Below, piece after piece: positions 12,632 through 21,467 of a DNA stretch of 64,000 bases. Every line of letters begins with the position of its first letter. Positions within the stretch are counted from its first letter, which is position 1. The notes under the pieces are model-generated. The model did not search any database. It was not told where the DNA came from and saw only the letters and a list, made by a program, of their open reading frames with translations. The DNA comes from Candidatus Ratteibacteria bacterium. GTDB lineage: Bacteria; Ratteibacteria; UBA8468; B48-G9; DTJG01. Location of the stretch: assembly GCA_049971295.1 (NCBI GenBank), contig JBMFLH010000001.1, positions 2,245 to 66,244 of the forward strand, in the 5' to 3' direction. The translations under genes and the position numbers were made by a program.

Positions 12632-14107
12632 TTATCCTGGAAAGTATCGTTCCTTAAAAAAATTTCTGTTAGCAGGCAAAAACCAAACAGGCGTATAATA
12701 CATCAAAAGAATTTTTTTGAGATAAAAATCGCGATAATTGTTGAAAATAAAGAGATTTCCATTAATCAAATAAAATTTCGCACCCATAACTTCCACGCTT
12801 TTTACTGACAAACTTTGAAAATACATCGCAAACTTTTCAACATCTTTTTCGTTGAGAGATACTATAAGAAAATTCTTTCTATCAAAATTTCTAAAATCTG
12901 TGATGTAATCATAGTATCTTCCACTCCTTGATATAGAACCAAATAAAACAAAATCCTTCCTGCAATAGTAAGACAGAACAGATGCTTCGGTGTAGCCTGT
13001 GGACGCGGGAACTCTTCCATCAAGATTTTTTTCAATTATCCCGCACAACTCCGCAGGATGCAAAAACATTACAATTTGTGGATACTTTCTTAATCCCTTA
13101 TATGCTTCAACTGGTATCGTAAAAATGACAACGACAATAATCATTACTGACAGAGAAAGATAAAAACAATGCCTCAGCGCTGCAGCAAGAACATCAAAGG
13201 GTAGGTATATAATAATAAGGAAGAAAAAAGGATAGAATGATGCCATCCAGTGTAATCCAATATTTTTTACAAATGAAATCAGAAGGAAGAAGAAAAATGG
13301 AACCAAGAAAACAAACCAGAACAAACTCTTTTTTCTGCACTCGTCCAGAAAAAATCTTTTTTCAAAAAATTTCACTGATAGAAATGGCGTCATCAGAAAA
13401 ATCTGTTCAATCAAATAAATACAAACATTAGAAAAATTGAAAGTCATCCCTTTGTTCCTATAAAATAGGTTGAACATGATATTCAGCCAGCAATGAGTAT
13501 AATTCCAGAAAATGTTCACCATAATAAGCGGCAAACTACCAATGAAAAATAAAACAAATGTTTTCCATACCTTTTTTCGGGCTGTAACAATACAAAAAAT
13601 TAACAATGCCATACCGTATAAAACAGAAAAATATTTTGAAAGAAAGGCGCATCCAAAGAAAAAACCAGATAACACAGCATCAAGTCTTCTTGAAGTTTTC
13701 AATGCTTTGTAGAAAAAAACACCTGAAAGAAATGTAAAAAGAATCAAAGGTACATCATTCACGCTCAAAACATTTAGAATACTAACAGGAGACAGCAAAA
13801 AAATAGAACCACATAAAAATGCCCTGTCTCTGTCCACCTCACTTAATAAATTCACGATAATGACTGCGATTAAAGGAATAGTAATGAGCGGAAAAATGCG
13901 GTAAACAAAAATGTCATTGCCAAAAAAAGAAAATAACCACATCACCCAACCTATCATTGGCGGATGTTCGTAATATCCCCAGCTAAGGTGTTTTGCCCAG
14001 ACAATAAAATATGCCTCGTCTCCGGTAATTGGAACAATTTTCGCAAAAAGTATTCTTATACAGGTAGAAATACCAAACATCCAGAGAAAAAGTTTTTTTG
14101 TATTCAT
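12632..14107 (-). CDS. GT39/GT83-type (ArnT/PMT-like) membrane glycosyltransferase
   Basis: N-terminal ITGDEAYFIVWAKHLSWGYYEHPPMIGW motif typical of the PMT_2/ArnT family; more than 10 TM. Confidence 0.65.
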   Translation of the reverse strand: MNTKKLFLWMFGISTCIRILFAKIVPITGDEAYFIVWAKHLSWGYYEHPPMIGWVMWLFSFFGNDIFVYRIFPLITIPLIAVIIVNLLSEVDRDRAFLCGSIFLLSPVSILNVLSVNDVPLILFTFLSGVFFYKALKTSRRLDAVLSGFFFGCAFLSKYFSVLYGMALLIFCIVTARKKVWKTFVLFFIGSLPLIMVNIFWNYTHCWLNIMFNLFYRNKGMTFNFSNVCIYLIEQIFLMTPFLSVKFFEKRFFLDECRKKSLFWFVFLVPFFFFLLISFVKNIGLHWMASFYPFFFLIIIYLPFDVLAAALRHCFYLSLSVMIIVVVIFTIPVEAYKGLRKYPQIVMFLHPAELCGIIEKNLDGRVPASTGYTEASVLSYYCRKDFVLFGSISRSGRYYDYITDFRNFDRKNFLIVSLNEKDVEKFAMYFQSLSVKSVEVMGAKFYLINGNLFIFNNYRDFYLKKILLMYYTPVWFLPANRNFFKERYFPG

Positions 14108-14175
14108 GCGTATATTATATTGCTTTTTGTCTGATTTTGCAGATAATGGAATTTCTGTTTATGGGTAATTCCAGC

Positions 14176-15480
14176 CTACTTCTTCCTTTGCCGTGTTTTC
14201 TTTAACGATGCCCTGCTTGCCTTACGCATCACAAGATTGATGGGAAGAAAAAACAGTGATGCTCTGTTGAATCGAACTGTTCGTCTGAATATTGAGTTAT
14301 ATGACGATATTCTTTTTCTTGCGTAATAATATCCTTTCTGTAATTGATCAACACTCAATAGTTTCGGTTTGAATACGACTTCCCCGCATGTATACTTTGT
14401 CCAATCTCGTTCAAATATTCTTCCCTGCTGGTTGAATTGATTGTATAAACGGGTTCCCGGTAATGGGGTAAGGATAGAAAAACTCGCAAGTTCAATCTTA
14501 TTCTGTTCAATAAAATCAATAGTCCTGTCAAAGACCTCGGGTCCATCTGAATCAAAACCAAAGATGAAAGCACCAATGATGCTTATTCCACTGTCGTGAA
14601 TTCGTTTGACTCCTTCCTTATACTCTCTGATACGGTTTATACTTTTTCCTACCTGTTTCAAACTTTCTTCTGAAATTGATTCAAACCCTATGAAAAGAGC
14701 CTTGCATCCACTCTTTGCAGCCAACCTGAGCAGTTTTGGATTTCTGGCTATTGTGATAGATGCCTGTGAAAACCACCTTTTCTTAAGAGGAATTAGAGCT
14801 TCGAATAGTTCTCTGGCATGCTCTGGAAGCCCGGCAATATTATCGTCAACAAAGAAAATGACAGCCCTGTTTTTTAATTGTTTAACCTCCCTGACTATAT
14901 CCTCAACTGGTCTTGTTCGGTAAGTGCGTCCAAAAAAATCAGAAACACTGCAGAAATCACAACCAAAAGGACATCCCCTTGTTGCTTGAACCAGATCCAT
15001 TTCCCTGTAAAATTTATTGCCAAATAAAAGATCTTTTCTTGGTAAAGGAAGTTTTGAAAGATCCGGTCTCTCAGTTGAGGCATAAAATTTCTGTAAATTG
15101 CCAGAATGAAAATCCTTCAATAATCTATCCATTACACTTTCTGCTTCACCAATGACGACTGCGTCCGCATGAAGAGATGCTTCGTGAGGAAGGACAGATG
15201 GATGTATTCCACCCATTATAACAGAAACTCCCCTTTTTCTGAATTCGTCAGCAATTTCATATGCTCTCGGAGCAGTGGATGTAATGGTCGTAATACCCAC
15301 TAAATCAACCTTCTCATCAAAATCTATCTCATCAAGGCTGTCATTGATGATTTTAATATCTGTATCTGGTGGAAAGAGTGCGGCGACTGATGTCAAACTC
15401 AGTCTTGCGAACTGAACTGCCCTATCTCTTTTTGTAACAGATACTACCGGTGACCTGGGCGAAATTAAATTAACTCGCAT
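14176..15480 (-). CDS. B12-binding-domain radical SAM protein
   Basis: N-terminal B12-binding-like domain, CxxxCxxC radical SAM motif (ATRGCPFGCDFCSVS). Start trimmed to the internal Met (MRVNLISP) to remove overlap with the divergent gene. Confidence 0.75.
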   Translation of the reverse strand: MRVNLISPRSPVVSVTKRDRAVQFARLSLTSVAALFPPDTDIKIINDSLDEIDFDEKVDLVGITTITSTAPRAYEIADEFRKRGVSVIMGGIHPSVLPHEASLHADAVVIGEAESVMDRLLKDFHSGNLQKFYASTERPDLSKLPLPRKDLLFGNKFYREMDLVQATRGCPFGCDFCSVSDFFGRTYRTRPVEDIVREVKQLKNRAVIFFVDDNIAGLPEHARELFEALIPLKKRWFSQASITIARNPKLLRLAAKSGCKALFIGFESISEESLKQVGKSINRIREYKEGVKRIHDSGISIIGAFIFGFDSDGPEVFDRTIDFIEQNKIELASFSILTPLPGTRLYNQFNQQGRIFERDWTKYTCGEVVFKPKLLSVDQLQKGYYYARKRISSYNSIFRRTVRFNRASLFFLPINLVMRKASRASLKKTRQRKK

Positions 15481-15622
15481 ATTAAAAATATTATCATACC
15501 TTGTGGCTAATATGTCAACAAAACAATATATTGCTGAGTCATATGAATATTTCAACCATTTTGTCACTTGTTGTAAAATAGAGGCAAAGGGAAAACCACC
15601 ACCCATTATAACAGGGGGACTT

Positions 15623-16597
15623 ATGGAAAAGAAAATCAGGATGGGAATTATTGGGGCAGGGGGAAGAGCAAACTTCCAGGCACAAGCCATCATTGAAAGT
15701 GGAATTGGAGAACCTGTTATTGTTTACTCACCTTTTGAAAACGAAGCCAGAAAATTTTCAGAAAAATTTAAAATTAGATACACAAACTCCATTGAAGATA
15801 TTTTCTACTCCACTGATATTACAGCAATCACAATTTCAACTCCAAATGCAACGCATTATATGTTTGCAAAAAAAGGTCTTGAAAATAATAAACATGTTCT
15901 TGTTGAATATCCTCCAACCCTAAATATTCAGGAACTTGATGATTTGATAAATATCGCCAGCAATAGAAACCTTGTTTACTGGGTCAGCCTTACTCAGATA
16001 CTGGAAAATCCTTTTTATACAATCAAAAAAAATATCAATTCCATTGGACAGTTGATTTTCTCTTATTACACATACGTTTCATCTTTTCTGGGTGGATGGT
16101 ACGCTGATTCTGAACTTTGTGGTCCACTTTATGTCGCGCAACATTTCCATTTTGTGAGCCAATTACTCGAACTGGAACATGATGCTGAATCTGTCTGTGC
16201 ATTTGAAAACATCAAATACAGCAACGATAATAAAAAAATGGTTTCCACTGCATCAATAATGGTTTTGAAATTCCCATCCGGGCACATCGCAAACATTGAA
16301 TTTGCCATGGGTATCAAAAATGCCAGAGATTTTAAAATCAAATTTGTAGGAGAAAATGGAATACTTAACTTTGATGGGAAGAAACTGTACCTTGAAACAA
16401 AGGAAACTGGAAAAAAAGAATTAGAAATTGAGGAAAGCAATTTAAATATTGATACAATAAATTTTTTGAAACATATTGTGGATAGTTCTACTGATACTAA
16501 AACAGCGATAAAAGCAAGAAAAATATTAAAAACCTGTCTGTGTGCAGAAATATCTGCAAAAGAAGAAAGAATTGTAAAAATAGAAAAATCCGGATGA
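15623..16597 (+). CDS. Gfo/Idh/MocA-family NAD(P)-dependent oxidoreductase
   Basis: Rossmann N-terminus MEKKIRMGIIGAGGRANFQAQAI. Start set at the internal ATG 15623; the upstream extension overlaps the divergent gene. Confidence 0.7.
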   Translation: MEKKIRMGIIGAGGRANFQAQAIIESGIGEPVIVYSPFENEARKFSEKFKIRYTNSIEDIFYSTDITAITISTPNATHYMFAKKGLENNKHVLVEYPPTLNIQELDDLINIASNRNLVYWVSLTQILENPFYTIKKNINSIGQLIFSYYTYVSSFLGGWYADSELCGPLYVAQHFHFVSQLLELEHDAESVCAFENIKYSNDNKKMVSTASIMVLKFPSGHIANIEFAMGIKNARDFKIKFVGENGILNFDGKKLYLETKETGKKELEIEESNLNIDTINFLKHIVDSSTDTKTAIKARKILKTCLCAEISAKEERIVKIEKSG

Positions 16598-17645
16598 AAA
16601 CAGAGAACATACCAAAAGAGACTGACATTGTGGTAATAGGCGCTGGCATTATGGGGTGCTCCATCGCCTATCATTTGTCAAAAGAAACCAGGGAAGTGAT
16701 TGTATTTGAAAAACGGAGTATTGCATCGGGCGCAAGCGGAAGAAATGGAGGCCAGGTAATACAACTCGAAGGTAGGGATAAAAATCCTGAAACAATAAAA
16801 GCGCGTCTTTTGGTGGCAAAAGAAAACAACAAAATGCTGAAAAATCTTGAAAAAGAATTAAATTCTACACTTGAATACCAGAAAGTGGGAAGCCTGGATA
16901 TCGCGCTGAACGAAGAAGAATGGAAAGACATAAAGAAAACAGTTAGAATTCAACAGAAAGCCGGTGATAGAGAAATAGAATTATTGGATAAACGAGAAAT
17001 TCTCAAAAAGTGCCCTTATTAACAGAAAAAGTTTATGGGGCAAGATATAGGGCATCAGATGGAACAATCAATCCATTTTTTCTGACTCATGAGTTTGCTT
17101 TTAAAGCGATGAAAAATGGCGCAAGATTTTTTACAAACATCAGAGTCAAAAAAATCATCACAGACAACAAAAAAGTCAAAGAAATTGAACTTAAAAATAA
17201 TCAGAAAGTAAAATGTGGAGCCGTCATCAACGCCACAAATGCTTGGTCAATCCTCTTGTGTTATGAAAAATTATTCAAGCATATACATCAGGAAAACATG
17301 TACACAGGTCTTCTATTGGACGGCGATATCAGTAGCATCCTTGACGACTTATTAAAAATGGAAATTGATGTTATTCAATTTGTGCAACCAAATGTAAGCG
17401 GCATAAAAACACTCAAAGAAAAAGTCAAGGGTAAAAAATGCTTAAAATGCAGCGTGGATATGATGAGTACACTTGCATACGGAACACCAGAAGATGTGAA
17501 AAAAGAAGCAGAAGCGCTGGTAGAAAACCTAAATGCAAAAGAAGGTGGTTTTATATGTAATGTCATGCGCTGGTACAGACCCAGTTATCCAGAAAGAAAT
17601 GTTCTTGCATCAGTTGAAACTTTTAACAAATATAGAAAAAAATGA
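16594..17645 (+). pseudogene. Disrupted and chimeric FAD-dependent oxidoreductase (DAO family, HcnC/SoxB/OoxB-like). There is a -1 frameshift near 17005-17010 (A5 run, CTC AAA AAG). The 3' third is replaced by the C-terminal roughly 130 aa of a URO-D/MtaA-like methyltransferase.
   Basis: Frame A (16594-17022) holds the DAO N-terminus (IVVIGAGIMGCSIAYHL...GRNGGQV). Frame B (17010-17645) continues the DAO (VPLLTEKVYGARYRASDGTINPF...GAVINATNAWS), then switches to URO-D-like sequence (GTPEDVKKEAEALVENLNAKEGGFICNV...PERNVLASVETFNKY). Confidence 0.5.
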
Positions 17646-17959
17646 AAAAAATTGATTTCAGAATTTATGACCACCCCATACTTGGAAGGATAATCCAAAA
17701 AAAGAAAGTATCAATTTATTTCAATAATAAAAAATTGATTGCCTATGAAGGTGAAACGATTGCAGCGGCACTGTATGCAAATGGAATAAGGGTGCTCAGA
17801 AAGACAGAAAAATTCAAACAACCGCGTGGCATTTTCTGCGCAATTGGAAGATGCACTGACTGTGTGATGACAGTCGATGGAATACCTAATGTAAGAACGT
17901 GTATTACACCGGTAAAAAACAAAATGAAAATTGAATTTCAAAAAGGTTCGGGCAGGTGA
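17642..17959 (+). CDS. (2Fe-2S)-binding protein (HcnA / opine oxidase / sarcosine oxidase alpha N-terminal-like)
   Basis: Motif FCAIGRCTDCVMTVDGIPNVRTC. ATGA overlap with the upstream ORF. Confidence 0.7.
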   Translation: MKKIDFRIYDHPILGRIIQKKKVSIYFNNKKLIAYEGETIAAALYANGIRVLRKTEKFKQPRGIFCAIGRCTDCVMTVDGIPNVRTCITPVKNKMKIEFQKGSGR

Positions 17960-19038
17960 AAAAAAAAGAACTGGTAATTATTGGTGGAGGGCCTGCAGGA
18001 CTCTGCGCAGCAATAGAAGCCAGAAAAAAAGGCATTGATGTTCTATTGATTGATGAAAACCTCAGACCTGGGGGTCAACTCTTCAAACAGATTCATAGAT
18101 TTTTTGGTTCCAGACAACATATGGCTGGCATCAGGGGTATTTCAATAGGAGAAACACTGCTGAGAGAGGTTGAAAAACTTGGAGCGGATGTCTGGTTAAA
18201 TAGTGTTGTTTACGGAATTTTTGGAAACAGAATAATAGGAGTGGTAAAAAACATTCTGGTCAAAGCAGAAACAATTCTTGTAGCAGCAGGAGCACTTGAA
18301 AACTCATTGGCTTTCCCTGGTTGGACACTTCCGGGTGTAATGGGAGCCGGCGCCTGTCAAACAATGATAAATATACACAGGGTTTTGCCCGGGAAAAAAG
18401 TACTGATGATAGGGGCAGGAAATGTGGGTTTAATCGTTGCGTATCAATTACTTCAGGCAGGCGCTGAGGTCAAAGCAATCATTGATATCATGCCTGAAAT
18501 TAGCGGCTATATGGTTCATGCGGCTAAAATCAAAAGATGTGGAGTGCCAATTTTTCTTTCCACAACAGTAATTGAAGCCACTGGAAAAAATGAAGTGAAA
18601 GCAGTAATAATATGCCCTGTTGATAACAACTTTGAGCCCATTTATAAAAAAAGAAAACTTCTGGATGTGGACCTGATTTGCATAGGCACCGGACTTTCGC
18701 CACTCAACGAACTATTATATCAGGTGGGTTGTGAATTTACATATAAACCATATCTTGGTGGACGTGTAGCACTGCACAATGAAAATATGGCAACAACTGT
18801 TGACGGAATTTTTGTTGCAGGAGATTGTTCAGGCATAGAAGAAGCATCAACAGCCATGGAGGAAGGTAAACTTGCAGGAATATCCGCAGCCGAGAAAGTT
18901 AGAAAAAAAAGATGGGATGATGAAAAATTGGACATAAGAAACCGGCTTAATGATTTCAGGATTGGTACCTTCGGAGAAAAAAGAAAAATTTCAAAAAAAG
19001 TGATAATAAACGAATACCATGAAAAAATTAAAAATTGA
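17956..19038 (+). CDS. FAD/NAD(P)-binding pyridine nucleotide-disulfide oxidoreductase (HcnB/OoxA-like subunit)
   Basis: N-terminal LVIIGGGPAGLCAAIEARKKGIDVLLIDEN, second Rossmann motif MIGAGNVGLIVA. Confidence 0.75.
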   Translation: MKKKELVIIGGGPAGLCAAIEARKKGIDVLLIDENLRPGGQLFKQIHRFFGSRQHMAGIRGISIGETLLREVEKLGADVWLNSVVYGIFGNRIIGVVKNILVKAETILVAAGALENSLAFPGWTLPGVMGAGACQTMINIHRVLPGKKVLMIGAGNVGLIVAYQLLQAGAEVKAIIDIMPEISGYMVHAAKIKRCGVPIFLSTTVIEATGKNEVKAVIICPVDNNFEPIYKKRKLLDVDLICIGTGLSPLNELLYQVGCEFTYKPYLGGRVALHNENMATTVDGIFVAGDCSGIEEASTAMEEGKLAGISAAEKVRKKRWDDEKLDIRNRLNDFRIGTFGEKRKISKKVIINEYHEKIKN

Positions 19039-19501
19039 CGAGACTATGTATATAAAAATCCCCGGATTCCCTTCCGAACAAAGAATAAAAAAAGGACCGG
19101 TTGCAGTTATTGAATGTGCACAGGATATCCCCTGCAATCCCTGTGAAACTATATGCCCGAAAAAAGCAATAAAAGTTGGGATTCCTATCACAAACTTACC
19201 TGAACTTGACCAGGATAAGTGCAGTGGCTGTGGATTATGTATTCCTGTGTGTCCTGGACTCGCTATATTTGTTCTCAACTATAATTTTGACAAAAAAAAT
19301 GCAAGTTTGACAATTCCTTACGAGTTTCTGCCAATTCCAGATAAAAGCGAAAAAATAAAGTGCATTGATAGAAATGGGAAACGTGTATGCAATGGCAGGA
19401 TTGTCAGGGTTATACCTCCAGAAAAAAATAGCGGAACATCCATCATAACCTTTTCGTTTCCGAAAAAATATTTCAACGTAGTCAGAAACTTTAAAAAATG
19501 A
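19019..19501 (+). CDS. 4Fe-4S ferredoxin-domain protein
   Basis: Cys clusters CNPCETICP and CSGCGLCIPVCP. Confidence 0.6.
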   Translation: MKKLKIDETMYIKIPGFPSEQRIKKGPVAVIECAQDIPCNPCETICPKKAIKVGIPITNLPELDQDKCSGCGLCIPVCPGLAIFVLNYNFDKKNASLTIPYEFLPIPDKSEKIKCIDRNGKRVCNGRIVRVIPPEKNSGTSIITFSFPKKYFNVVRNFKK

Positions 19502-19773
19502 AAAAAGACAAAATCATATGTAGATGTAAAGAAATCACCGAAGGACAAATTCTTGAAGTTATTGGAAAGGGTATTATTGACGTAGACAGTGTGAAAAGAG
19601 CACTGGGAGCAGGCATGGGGTTGTGTCAGGGCAAAACATGCACAAACCTTATTATTAAAATTATCAGCCAGAATAAGGACATCCCTGTAAAAGATGTAAA
19701 AACACAAACAAGCAGGGCACCAGTACGACCGATTCCAATCAAAACAATTTCTAAACAACCAACCGAAGACTGA
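19498..19773 (+). CDS. BFD-like (2Fe-2S)-binding domain protein
   Basis: CRCKEITEGQI...GLCQGKTC pattern of BFD-like [2Fe-2S] domains. Confidence 0.7.
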   Translation: MKKDKIICRCKEITEGQILEVIGKGIIDVDSVKRALGAGMGLCQGKTCTNLIIKIISQNKDIPVKDVKTQTSRAPVRPIPIKTISKQPTED

Positions 19774-19805
19774 GGTAGAATATATTCATAACAACGAAAT
19801 GGGAA

Positions 19806-20073
19806 AGGAAATGAAAATAAATAATGCAGCCATCACGACCATAGAACTTCTCACTCTTATTGCACTTGCCTCGCTTGGAAGCAGTATCTTTTTCCCTGAA
19901 ATTGTCCGGATAAAAGAAAAAACAAATCAGGCGTTATGCGTAACCAACCTCAAACAGTGCTATATGGCACATATGATGTATGCCGCTGATTTCAATGATT
20001 ACCTGGTTCCAAATGAAAATCCAAAACAACCTGACTACCCGAGGGTGTGGACAACAGTGCTGATGGGATATTA
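19806..20073. repeat. Perfect 268-bp direct repeat, copy 1 (RBS plus 5' end of a DUF1559 gene)
   Basis: Base-by-base comparison with 30751-31018 shows identity. Identity ends at 20074 (t) versus 31019 (c) and at 19805 (a) versus 30750 (g). Confidence 0.9.
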
Positions 20074-20095
20074 TAGTACTTGTGGACCAGCATAA
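19811..20095 (+). pseudogene. Truncated DUF1559 prepilin-like gene fragment (94 aa). The first 87 codons are identical to the gene at 30756. It lacks the H-X9-DG C-terminal domain and ends in a divergent tail (STCGPA*).
   Basis: Nucleotides 19806-20073 are 100% identical to 30751-31018. The prepilin-like N-terminal hydrophobic helix is present, but the ORF stops after 94 aa. Confidence 0.6.
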
Positions 20096-20159
20096 TTAAA
20101 AACAATTTCCCTTACCAAACAATTTTTGAGATTCACACGCATTGCTTTTAGAAGACTGG

Positions 20160-20188
20160 TTGATATTTCAGAGTTTTAACGGTATAAT
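20160..20188 (+). promoter_or_regulatory. Sigma70-type promoter for tRNA-Ser (TTGATA-N17-TATAAT)
   Basis: TTGATA at 20160-20165, 17-bp spacer, TATAAT at 20183-20188, about 10 bp upstream of the tRNA 5' end. Confidence 0.5.
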
Positions 20189-20198
20189 GAATAGCACA

Positions 20199-20289
20199 GG
20201 AGGGGTCGCATAGAGGTCTAGTGCGGCGGATTGCTAATCCGTTGTATCGTCGAAAGGCGGTACCGTGGGTTCAAATCCCACCCCCTCCG
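20199..20289 (+). tRNA. tRNA-Ser (anticodon GCU), class II with long variable arm
   Basis: Perfect 7-bp acceptor stem (GGAGGGG/CCCCTCC), discriminator G, anticodon loop TTGCTAA, hairpin variable arm, T-arm GTGGG-TTCAAAT-CCCAC. CCA not encoded. Confidence 0.85.
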
Positions 20290-20407
20290 TTTTATCTCCC
20301 TCAAAGGATTTGAATGGAGCGGTGCTGGTGCGAGGAAACGAGCACCGTATGGCACAAAGGTCGAGAAAATGAGGCAGGACGGATCGACCAACAGCAGTGG
20401 ATAAAGG

Positions 20408-21454
20408 CTAATTAAAAAGGGACTCCATTTCAACCTTTTTCTTTAATTCTTCTGTCTTCTCTTTAAGTCCTCTGGTTTTTAAAAGAACCTCTGATATTTC
20501 CTTAAGATTGATCTCTGGACTTTTTTTCATCCTATCATAATAAGACATTACTAAGCTCCAAACATTTGCAAGTTGTTCTCCCTGACCCTTTAATGATGGA
20601 ATGGAATAAGCTTTTTCTATCCAGGGTTTGTAATCTGCCTCATATACCTGTGCAAGAGATGTAATTTTCCATTTCAAGATGTTGTACCTCGGTTCATTAA
20701 TTTCATGTTCAATGGCGTCAGATTCTTTTTTATTCAACATCTTTTTTTTGAAAACAATTGTCCCATAATTCTCCACTTCATGAAATGACTTTTGAATTTT
20801 CGGCCAGCATGAAACTCTTTCTTCTGCTGGTCCTGTGAGATTATTTCTTCCAACGTTTATTTTCCACTTTTCTCCATCAGATGGTATCTTCCCGAGCACC
20901 TTGAATGGTATTTTTATTTCAACTGACCAGAAATCTTTACCAACAAAACTTTTCGCCTGCCAGTTCTCGAGAGGAACCGTCTGAGCGATACCTACCGCAT
21001 TCCACTTTGAACTGATTGTGTTGACAATAAATTGCCAGCAATTCATCTCAGGAGGAATAAGAAATAATTCAACACTATCTTCCATCCATAAAAATTTGTC
21101 CCCATCTGGTCTTTTTGCTTCAATTTTCTGGACATCTGGCTCTTCAGCCTTAAAGGCAAAATAAAAATTTTCATTATCCCAGCCCGCCTTGAACCATGAT
21201 GGTTTGACCGTGGCAAATTCATTCCCGCCAAGAAGGAAAAAACACCTGGCTTCAGGAATAAACTGCCAGCAATCATCATCAACCTTGCCATCCAGAACCG
21301 GTTCCTTTTTGATTAGATAACACTGATACAATGAAATTTCTTTTGCGTTAATGAGATTGTCTTTAAGCTGTGTATTTTTGATATTGTCGGCAATAGCACA
21401 TCCAGCATAAAGCAATAAACAGATAAATAAAATTATATTCTGTAGTTTATACAT
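20408..21454 (-). CDS. Secreted protein with CBM9-like (DOMON-type) carbohydrate-binding domain
   Basis: Signal peptide (MYKLQNIILFICLLLYAGCAIA). CBM9-like block LDGKVDDDCWQFIPE...ATVKPSWFKAGWDNENFYFAFKAEEPD...SVELFLIP. Start trimmed to ATG 21454. Confidence 0.5.
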   Translation of the reverse strand: MYKLQNIILFICLLLYAGCAIADNIKNTQLKDNLINAKEISLYQCYLIKKEPVLDGKVDDDCWQFIPEARCFFLLGGNEFATVKPSWFKAGWDNENFYFAFKAEEPDVQKIEAKRPDGDKFLWMEDSVELFLIPPEMNCWQFIVNTISSKWNAVGIAQTVPLENWQAKSFVGKDFWSVEIKIPFKVLGKIPSDGEKWKINVGRNNLTGPAEERVSCWPKIQKSFHEVENYGTIVFKKKMLNKKESDAIEHEINEPRYNILKWKITSLAQVYEADYKPWIEKAYSIPSLKGQGEQLANVWSLVMSYYDRMKKSPEINLKEISEVLLKTRGLKEKTEELKKKVEMESLFN

Positions 21455-21467
21455 TTTAGCCGCCTTT

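Noticed and set aside
15503-15693. Long N-terminal extensions of the rSAM (to 15693) and Gfo (from 15503) ORFs that overlap each other
   Set aside because: The extensions are mutually exclusive. Conserved domain starts and internal ATGs (15480 and 15623) give non-overlapping divergent genes.
20290-20400. Possible second (pseudo-)tRNA downstream of tRNA-Ser
   Set aside because: The T-arm-like fragment is present, but no acceptor, D or anticodon arms can be folded on either strand.
20218-20433. 71-aa minus-strand ORF
   Set aside because: It lies antisense across tRNA-Ser and its GC-rich 3' spacer, so it is spurious.
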